Source of the DNA: Ginglymostoma cirratum
Taxonomy: Eukaryota
Reading direction: 5' to 3'
NCBI GenBank assembly: GCA_024137785.1
Contig: JAHRHZ010000084.1
Span: 7,031,573-7,095,572, forward strand
DNA length: 64,000 bases
Shown one piece after another: positions 1-8,760 of this stretch. The notes under the pieces are model-generated. The model did not search any database. It had not been told where the DNA came from and saw nothing but the letters and a program-made list of their open reading frames with translations. Numbering within the stretch: the first letter of the stretch is position 1; the number at the start of each line of letters is the position of its first letter. A program made the translations under genes and the position numbers.

Positions 1-16
1 AGGTTTCCATAAAAAC

Positions 17-668
17 TGAGAGCTTGGAAAATATCGGTGTTCAAGGGTACCTAGCTGTCCTTGTCAATAAATCACTGAACATTAACATGCAGCTACAATA
101 CGTTTGTAGGAAGGCAGAAAGAAAAATAAACATTAATGCAAGAGAATGTGCGCACAGTGGTAGTGAATCTTTGCTTAAATTATGAAAGAAATTAGTTCAA
201 CTTATGGGTGAGTGATAAATGCTGGCCCAGCCAGCGACACAGTCATCTCATGAATGAATGAAGGAAAGTAAACAACACATGGAGTACCACGTGCAGTTTT
301 GGTCTCATTCTGTCGGGAAGTTAATATTTCCATCATGGGAGAACAACAAAGAATCACCAGACTTGTTCCAGAATGGCTGGATTGTCTTATGAAAACAGAT
401 TGGACAAACTGGGCCCATATTCCTTAGTGTTTCATACAAGAAGAGGTGATCTCATTGAAAACGACAAAATACTTAAAGGGATGGACAGTTGAGATGCAGA
501 TGTTTCCCCTGACAGGGGAGTCTAGAATAAGGAGGCACAATTTAAAAACAAGAGGGATGCCACTTAGGTCTGAGATGAAGAGAAAACCACTTTTTTAAAC
601 AGCAGTTGATTATCCATGGAAATCACCAGAACAGAGGACTGTGGAAGCTCAGTTTTTGAGTACGTAGA
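17..668 (+). mobile_element. Degenerate CR1 LINE 3' ORF2 fragment with a nested LINE-tail insert
   Basis: CR1 C-terminal remnants (RGDLIE, MFPL.G.SR). Paralogous to 5677-6350. Confidence 0.75.
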
Positions 669-669
669 C

Positions 670-963
670 AGGGCGGCACGGTGTCTCAGTGGTTAGCACT
701 GCTGACTCACACCCTTGGGTGACTGTCTGTGTGGAGTTTGCAGATGATCCCGCGTCTGCGTGGGTTTCCTCCGGGTTCTCCAGTTTATCCCACAGTCCAG
801 ACATGTGCAGGTTCGGTGATTGGCCATATTAAATTGCCCATAGTGTTCAGGGATGTGTAGATTTGGTGGGTTTTCGGGGGATGGGTCTGGGTGGGATACT
901 CCGAGGGTCGGTGTGAACTTGTTGGGCTGAAGGGCTTGTTTCGACACTGTATGGATTCTATGG
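670..963 (+). mobile_element. HE1-like tRNA-derived V-SINE
   Basis: ggcacggtg..cagtggttagcactgctg head, gtgtggagtttgca..tgcgtgggtttcctccggg V-domain, CR1-like tail gattctatg. Confidence 0.8.
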
Positions 964-1174
964 TAATAAATTTCTTACTACATACAGAGTGGTGCGGGGA
1001 TGGGGTAGGGAGCTGATTTGGAAAGAAAATATGCATCTTGTTCTCTGGTTCAGGTTGGAACTAGGAACTTGTTGATCTTTCTGATATATTAGATTCTTTT
1101 TGAAAACAATTCCTACCAAATGCAGTAAACCCACAACATGCTCGATTTCACAACGAAATAAGTATTGTTCTTAC

Positions 1175-1471
1175 CTGGAATGAGAACAGTGTAATTTACC
1201 CAGGTTGGATCCGTGAGAGTAGAGTGTGATACCTCACAGACATAAACAGTTCCAGTATGAGCTGGCTCTTCATCTGTCAGAAAACTGGTAACTTCATATA
1301 GTCCTTCAGCATTCTTAGTTCTGAATGTTTCTACTCCAGTTCCAACATTTTGACCATCTTTTCGCCAAGCAATAGTATAATTATCAGGATAGAACGCGGA
1401 CGTTTTACATATACATGTTAGAGAGCCATTTGCAGAAAATTCCGAAATAATCTTCAGAGGATGTGGAGAAG
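1175..1471 (-). CDS. IgSF VJ-C1 gene, exon 3: C1-set domain. Gene continues beyond the left edge (no TM/tail exon in window)
   Basis: Acceptor ttttcaattttcatag|, 297 nt, phase 1-1, donor G|GTAAGA. C1 motifs CKTSAFYP, IAWRKDG, NAEGLYEVTSFL, YVCEVSHSTL. Confidence 0.9.
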
Positions 1472-1608
1472 CTATGAAAATTGAAAAAAAAAAGGTTTTG
1501 TAATTTCCAAGAGTGCATTTACAATACATATCTTTGGGCTTTATCAATCATCAGTGTAGTTGTTCTTTATCTATTAACTGGTTTGAAGAATTTTTTGATA
1601 GGGTTGTG

Positions 1609-1655
1609 AATTACTGTATTAATTCTAATTACTGTATTAATTACTGTATTAATTT
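1609..1655. repeat. Short tandem repeat (aattactgtatt) x3
   Basis: Directly visible. Confidence 0.6.
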
Positions 1656-1990
1656 TAGAGCATGGCTGCTGAGAAAAATCACACTAATATTAAATACAAA
1701 CTCGAGGTATTTGCAACACATTGTACTGTCAAAAGGCAGCATACAAAAATGTAGATTCTGCAACAACTTACTGAGTGAATACATTATTTATTGGTAAAGT
1801 CTCTGGTCTACATTGAATTAATTATTGCTGTTTTGAATGATTCTAATAGGCCCAACCTCAAGTCCTAATGGCTCCAGAGGTGTGTCAATAACATCCCCGA
1901 ACAGGTTGATTACAAATATCTCTGAGACTAAGTCGGGAAAGATAAATGAGCCATTCTTCAAATTGCTATCCAATGATGCCTTGGAAAATG

Positions 1991-2090
1991 AGATAACAAG
2001 GTGTAGAGCTGGATGAACACAGCAGGCCAAGCAGCATCAGAGGAGCAGGAAGGCTGACGTTTCGGGCCTAGGCCCTTCTTCTACTATCTC
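1991..2090. mobile_element. Minimal Penelope-like insertion (inverted pLTR plus 10 nt of tail)
   Basis: 15-bp TSD atgccttggaaaatg at 1976-1990 and 2091-2105. Confidence 0.8.
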
Positions 2091-2384
2091 ATGCCTTGGA
2101 AAATGTTCACTGAAAACATCCAATTGGAATATAATTGAATTTATTTGAAACGTTTGCTGAAATTCGTTGTTCACACTAACAGACGGGATAATTTAGCACT
2201 ATCACTGCTCAATAGAAAAAGGAGAATGATAATCACAATATCAGCTACTTGCTTGGAGTATATCATGTAACTTGTTTCGTAAAAACAAAAATATTGCAGG
2301 GTTGAAAGATGAGGATAGTGAGAGGTTCTACTGCAGAAAGCTAGCACTGACATAAAAGCAAAATGGCAAAGTATTATTCATTTT

Positions 2385-2722
2385 TTAATATAATCATTCA
2401 CAGTATGAGGGTGTCGCTGGCTAGGCACCCCTAATTACCCAGAGGGCAGTTAAGAATCAACCATATCATTGTAGGTCTGGAGTCACACAAAGGCCAGACG
2501 AGGTAGGGATGGCAGTTTCCTTCCCTAAAGGACATTAGTGAACCAGATGGGCTTTTACAACAATCGACAATGGATTCACGGTCATAATTAAATTCTTAAT
2601 GCCAGATATTTACAGTGCTCAAATTCAACCATTTGCTGTTTTGAGGATTCGAACTCAGAACCCCACAACATTACCTGGTGTGCTGGATTCACAGTCCAGC
2701 AATAATACCATGAGGCCATGAC
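2385..2722 (-). mobile_element. tRNA-derived SINE sharing a 3' tail with the LINE family at 62535-63470
   Basis: B-box-like ggattcgaactc near 2645, tail gtgtcgctggctagg near 2412. Confidence 0.6.
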
Positions 2723-2804
2723 TGAGATGATACCAGTCCTCTGTTCCTGAAAATTCACGTCATAAGGTTTGAAAAGAGGTAGCAGCAGAGGTTGTTGATG
2801 CATG

Positions 2805-2895
2805 ATAACAAGGTGTGGGGCTGGATGAACACAGCAGGCCAAGCAGCATCATAGGAGCAGGAAAGCTTGACGTTTCGGGCCTAGACCCTTTTTTC
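2805..2895 (-). mobile_element. Penelope-like pLTR fragment
   Basis: gataacaaggtgtgggg...gacgtttcgggcctagaccc, same family as 24560-25491. Confidence 0.75.
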
Positions 2896-3109
2896 TTCCT
2901 GAATACCTCATGATACATATAATTCACGATGACATAAACTCTATTACTTAAGAAACAAGCAATGGCTAAAACAGGAGACTGTGGGCCAAATAATTCAGTA
3001 TTCATAGGTAAAATGCTAGATGCTATTGGAGGCAGGGTAACAAAGCTCTAAGAATATCATGTGATAAAGCAGAGTTGACATGAAATGAAAGAAAACAGCT
3101 TCTGTTAGG

Positions 3110-3324
3110 AGATAACAAGGTGTAGATCTGGATGAACACAGCAAGCCAAGCAGCATCAGAGGAGCAGGAAATCTGATGTTTCGGGCCGAGACCCTTCTTC
3201 AGAAATCTAGCCCCGAAACGTCAGCTTTCCTGCTCCTCTGATGCTGCTTGGCCTGCTGTGTTCATTCAGCTCCACACCTTGTTATCTCAGATTCTCCAGC
3301 ATCTGCAGTTCCTACTATCTCTGA
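3110..3324. mobile_element. Palindromic mini Penelope-like element (inverted pLTR plus pLTR with tail)
   Basis: About 75-90 bp inverted arms, 15-bp TSD agcttctgttaggag at 3097-3111 and 3325-3339. Confidence 0.85.
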
Positions 3325-3339
3325 AGCTTCTGTTAGGAG

Positions 3340-4260
3340 CTTTTTTGGGGATGTAACTAGAAATATTCTTCCAACTTGTTTCTTTTTTGTTTTGAGATTT
3401 CCAAAATGTTTTCGATAAGTTGATACACAGGTTATTAAACAAAGTTAGTACTCATAAGCCTTAATGTCATATATTAGCATGGATTGAGAATTCAATCATG
3501 AAAAGTAAACAGATGAGGAAAACCTAGGTTTTTTTTTTAGTTTGGCAAGCTGTAGCTACAAGGGTTCCACAATGATCAAAACTTGAGTCTCAGCTAATTA
3601 GAATATGTACTAGTCATTTGTGTGAGAGGATTGAACCTGAAGGGTCCAGGCTTGCTGATGATGAAAGGTTTAGGTGAGAAATCTAGCAGGAATGTGAACA
3701 CAGGGAAACTGCAAATGAAAAGATGGACACTTTGGGTGAGTGAGTAACAACACAGCTGCTGTAAGACAATGTAAAAAGTGAAGATATTCCCTTGGTAGTT
3801 ATTCCCCCAGCCTACCGTGTGGTGTAGTTTTGGTCTTCTTACTTAAATAAGGGCACTAAAGTTCATAACAGAACAGGGAATTGTCCTTTGAAGATGTGCA
3901 ATAGGCTCATCCTTTACTGCCTAGAATTGGGAAGACTTGAGACTTGATCTAATTGAAACATGCGAAATATTTTTAAGAGAGTGGCCAGGGTAGAAAGTTC
4001 TCCTCCTGCCTGAGGGCTCTGAACAAAGGTCAGCCACTTTGGAATTCTAGGGGCAGCGAATGTCCGGTAATTGAATGTAGTCACGATTGAGATCAATAAT
4101 CTCGTGGTAGTAAGGGAATAAAATGGATATTGGGTCAAGGAATGAAAAGATAAGTGGATATTGTGTGAAGCTGACTTTGGTGTCGATCAGTTGGAGTATT
4201 GTTGAATACTAGAGTCGGCTTGAAGCGTCAATTGCTCTCCACCAGCTTCTATTTCATAGG
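3340..4260 (+). mobile_element. Highly degenerate CR1 LINE RT/3' region
   Basis: Remnants resembling DFQKAFDKV, GVPQGS, FADD motifs. Confidence 0.55.
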
Positions 4261-5154
4261 TCCTTATGTTTTACATTATCTAGGTTAGCCGAACGGCCCA
4301 TTTCCCCGTTCTATCTACGGAAAATCTGCGCTATAAACAATTCACTTTCAGCAATGTAAAACATTCTTCTGTTCCACCACAATTGGCATCCATGGACTAG
4401 AGACTAATAACTGGATGGAATACTGAGTCTGCCAATTCTCTACATTTTGAAACTGCCGACAAAACGCACGTACGTGAATGGATCAAATTCGTCACATCCC
4501 ATACTTATAATGAAGGCATAGATTTCGGGCCGGTTAGCTTCAAACTACTGACCTGACTGCATTCTAGGCAACAGCAACATCACAGTTTATAATGGAAGCG
4601 ATTTTATTAAAGCTGGTTGTTGGCTTAGATAATAAATTACAGGGAACAGAGTGGATCACAAATTAAATAGCCAGTCTCACCGCTGATTCCAGCGACGTTT
4701 AAAGCTACAAGGTCGCAAAATCAGACCTTGAGTTTTCTTACCAAATTATCATCTACTCGTTTAAACTGTTCCTCTGGAGTTGGGTCAATCTTTGAAACAC
4801 TAATGTAAAGCGAGTGGCTGGGGGTTGAACCTTCTGAATTGTTAACGATTTTGGGAGGAAGTTGCTCCTGACACGAAGCTGAATGGTTAGACGTTTTTAC
4901 CACTTAGATACCAAGTATTCAGTTTTGACAGCTATGCCCGGTGACCCTTCAGAACTGAAGCATTTGATACCATTTCTGGATGGGGCGACTCGCCCGCTCT
5001 TAAATATCACTCCCGAAATAACATCCACAGCTTCAGCACGGCTTCAAATAGTGGTTAGAACTACGTTTTGGGGAGGCAGTTCTCTTAGGTACAATCTTGA
5101 ACTTCAGTGTTTGGTAATGTGATTCTTTTAATTTAAGGGTGTGGGCAGTCAGAG

Positions 5155-5420
5155 AGTCATAAATATGCACAGCACGGAACAGACCCTTAGGTCAAACCTG
5201 TCCATACTAACCAGATATCCTCAATTAATCCAGTTTCATTCGCCATAATTTGGCTCCTCGAAAACTTTCCTATTCATATATCCGTCCAGATGCCTTTCAG
5301 CTCGTGTAAATTACCAGCCCTCCGACTTTCCCTGGCAGTTAATTCCATACACACACCACCCTCTGAGTGAAAACATTGTCACTTACGTCCTTGTTCAATT
5401 TTTCCCGTCTCACTTCAACC
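5155..5420 (-). mobile_element. CR1 LINE 3' end
   Basis: agagtcata...acagaccctt tail, same family as 60235-60955 and 40985-41350. Confidence 0.7.
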
Positions 5421-5676
5421 GAGAGTTGGAAGGTGGCACAGGATCCAACATGGTCCATTTTACAAACAGGATAATAATTCAGCTACTGTACATACAGCCA
5501 AAATGTAATAGCGATTCTCTGTGCGCATGTTGCATCTCCCCCAAGTTTTATTACCGTTGAGATTATCCGTTTAACACAACTGCACCAATACAGAATCTCT
5601 TCCAGCGGAAATTAACTGTTTCGTGAACTGTAGGAATTCGCAGAAAGAACAGGTGTGAAGAGTGTTTGTTAAATAG

Positions 5677-6350
5677 TGAGAGGTTGGAAAATGTCGGTGT
5701 TCAAGGGTGCCGAGGTGTCCTTGTCAATAAATCACTGAAGGCTAACATGCAGATAAAATAAGCTTGTGGGAAGGCAGAAAAAACTTTAGCCTTTATTGCA
5801 AGAGGCTGTGTGTACAGGGTTGGTGAATCTTTGATTTCATTATGAAAGAATTTAGTTTAGATTATGGATGAATAAGAAATACTGGCCCAGCCAGCGACAC
5901 ACTCATCCCATGAATGATTGAAGCAGTAAAACAAAACACCTGGAGTACCGTGTACAGTTTCTGTCTGCTTATCTCAGGAAAGATGATATCTCCACAGTGG
6001 GAGTACAACCAAGTGTCAACCAGACTTGTTCCCAGGATGGCTGGATTGTCTTCTGAAGAGAGATTGGGCAAACTGGACCCATATTCCATAGAGTTATACA
6101 CAAGGAGAGGTGATCGCATTGAAAACTGCAAAATACTTGAAGGGATGGACAGAATAGATGCAGATAAGATGTTTCCCCTGGCTGGAGTGTCTAGAATCAG
6201 GAAACAGAACTTAAAAATAAAGGGGATGCCACTTATGTCTGAGACGAAGTGAAACTCTTTTTTAACTCAGAGGTTGATTATCCATGGAATTCTCATGGAG
6301 GACTGTGGAAGCTCAGTCTTTAAGTACGCAGTCAGTGATAAATTTCCGAT
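5677..6350 (+). mobile_element. CR1 LINE ORF2 3' fragment
   Basis: ORF 5914-6252: RLVPRMAGLSSEERLGKL..RRGDRIENCKILEGMDRIDADKMFPL. Confidence 0.8.
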
Positions 6351-7574
6351 TACACAGAGTGGTATGGGTTATAATTATAATTCGCAATAGCAGTCCAGCG
6401 CCGCTGCAAGAGATTCTGAATTGCTGTTGTACTAAACAAGTAATCTCAACGATAATCCAACTTGTCAGAGATGCAAATTGCGTACACAGATTTGCTATCA
6501 TATTTTGGGAATAAAATCAAGACAGAGGTGCCGCAGATGCAGTCAATTTGGTCAGTGCCTGATGTTCAGCAGTGGAGCAATGCCTTAGGTCGGTGGAATG
6601 CCAAAATCTGGTTGCAATTAATTAATTCCAGACTATACGGACACTGAATTCGGGAAAATAATGTTGTTGACTAGCTGGAATTTTAAAAAAAAAACACGAT
6701 CAATCATTTCGCTCCAGACACCGTACCAGACAGAAAGGATAATTCCCAACTATTTCTATGGTCAGGATAAGGAAAACTCTTTACGGTAGTCTATAACGGT
6801 ATTTTTTTTCCACCTTCCCGCGCTCAAAGTATTCAGACCCTTTAAAAAATCTCGCTTAAATAATAGCTTCAGAATATCTCATTCAGTATGTCATTTTTTG
6901 CACCATTTCACGTTTCTCGAGTGCGAGATTCCTTCTATCCCTCCTGCAGAAGGTTTAGGATGCAGGACAGCGTAACTCAATACCAGCTGATTTATCCTCA
7001 TCGCCAATGCACAGAAAAGGTTGCAGCTTTTCTTGCAAAAATGATTGAACGTTGGAAGCTTTTTCAAAAAAACAAAATATCCGAACTGCAGTCATCGAGC
7101 TTTGCTGTTGGCAAATCCGCAATTTTCATTTTGGAAATTCCCCGATAAGTCGTCAGCAATGAAACGATTGAACAGTATTCGAAACTCGCAGATTTCATTA
7201 CTATGTAAAGGAGAGTCGAAAATAAGTTGGAGATTTCACTTGCTGGAAGGTGAGCGATCATGGGAAACTCAATTAACGACAGTGATGCGAAATGTGACAT
7301 CAGAGAAGACCGTGAAATGCCTTTTCTGAAAATGTATTTGACTTCCTGCATAAAAGTTTTCGAAATTCTAGCTAAAACAGAAGCGTGCTGTCGCGACTCT
7401 CCCCTGTTGAACCCCACTGACAATTGCTGAATATTCAGCTTTTCACTCCGAAGTTTCAGCAACAAGAGCGCATACTTCACGCGGTGAGTGAGTAATGTTG
7501 GTTAAAGCTGCACCCAAGTTGTTCCATTTTCCCGGATACAAAAGCACACTGGGTGTTCAGTCAAACATCTGTAA

Positions 7575-7742
7575 TGGATCGTAGAATCCCTACAGTATGG
7601 GTAAAATGCTTTTCAACCCATCGAGTCTGCACTCGACCCACTGACCCGCTGAAGAGCATCGCAACCAGACCCCGCCCCGACCCTATCCCTGTAAACCTGC
7701 ATTTGCCTTTGACAAACCACCCAACCTGCACATATTTGGATT
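7575..7742 (-). mobile_element. 3' portion of HE1-like SINE
   Basis: tagaatccctacagt...cacccaacctgcacat, reverse of the SINE tail seen at 30480-30620. Confidence 0.65.
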
Positions 7743-7868
7743 CTGAATCGACGATACAAGGGAGAAATTGCCCGTTATTTGCATGACCTTTCCCAGCCGT
7801 CCTCTCGTTTCAACTTTCCTGTCCCTCTAACTGCCGTGTATTCCACGTTGCTGAGAGTGATTACTCAC

Positions 7869-8171
7869 CGCTTACATTCAGCCGTTGGCCAGTTCCAATT
7901 CCAGTATATTCACCCTGCACACTGCAATAATAGACGCCAGAGTCTCCGAAACGCACATTGTGAATGCGCAGAATGGCGCTGGCTTTGCTGTCAATCAGGA
8001 ACTCTCTCCTCGAATCCTGTTTCGAGCTCAAGAATTCGCTGTCGCCCTCTTTCCACCAGTGCACCGTGATTTGTTTTGGATCTCGGGAGAGCGGGAACGA
8101 GCAGTAAAAAGTCACTGTCTGTCCTACGACCGGATCGGACGGTGTCAGAAATTGAGACACTTTAGCGGCCG
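7869..8171 (-). CDS. IgSF VJ-C1 gene, exon 2: V-set domain with germline-encoded J-like G strand
   Basis: Acceptor ttttcgcgacag|, 303 nt, phase 1-1, donor G|GTGAGT. Motifs GQTVTFYC, VHWWK, LRIHNVRFGDSGVYYC, GTGQRLNV. Confidence 0.92.
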
Positions 8172-8446
8172 CTGTCGCGAAAACAAACAAAAACACCAAA
8201 CGTTTATTTACAGGAGGGCGGCGGCGAGGGGAAAATTTGTAGCAGCAAATAAGGAAACAACTAGGGCTCAGCAGCGCGCTTATGAATACTTAGAAAATCC
8301 CTTTTTGCGAAGTGCTAGAAACTACATAAAAAACGTGACAATTTCAGCCATGAACAGTAATACAAGTCATGCCGATGCACAAATTATTTCGCGTGTACAA
8401 TTTACAACTTATTCTATGTAGCAATCGTTGAATCGAAGACACGTAC

Positions 8447-8501
8447 CTGTACAAGAAAGGATCAGGATGAGTATAGGGTGAAGTTGCGGTCCTCGGGACA
8501 T
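8447..8501 (-). CDS. IgSF VJ-C1 gene, exon 1 (signal peptide MSRGPQLHPILILILSCT)
   Basis: ATG at 8501, hydrophobic ILILILSC core, phase-1 donor G|GTACGT at 8447/8446 that joins in frame to the V exon. Confidence 0.8.
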
Positions 8502-8639
8502 AATAATGTTTGGAGCCCAGTCCCAGCTGAGTACCTGACCATCAATTGGTTTGAGAGGGACGGCAGGGCAAGAGTGGTCGCTTTGTTTTTTTCACTGTCT
8601 CAAGCTCAGTTGATGTGCAGCCGTTCGCTATCACGCTTG

Positions 8640-8760
8640 CAATCTTGCGGTTTCAATGCTCTGTCGGCAAGCAAGGTGTACAGACCACGGTGTGTATTGG
8701 AAGCAGAAATAACGGCGATTTCGTTTCGTACCAAGCGTTGAAAACTCTATTTTATACCTG
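8640..8760 (-). promoter_or_regulatory. Putative proximal promoter of the VJ-C1 gene (ISRE-like, RUNX and TATA-like motifs)
   Basis: TTTCGTTTC at 8719-8727 (GAAACGAAA on minus), TGCGGTT at 8646-8652, TATAAAA on minus at 8750-8756, CpG-rich context 150-250 bp upstream of the ATG. Confidence 0.4.

Noticed and set aside
7064-7480. 138-aa minus-strand ORF in the V-C1 intron
   Set aside because: No recognisable domain, non-ATG start and no fitting splice sites.
7918-7924. CACACTG heptamer-like sequence at the YYC-SV end of the V exon (cryptic RSS)
   Set aside because: 6/7 match only, with no nonamer at 12 or 23 bp spacing. Explained by the Cys-Ser-Val codons.
7885-8421. 178-aa plus-strand ORF
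   Set aside because: Antisense shadow of the V exon.
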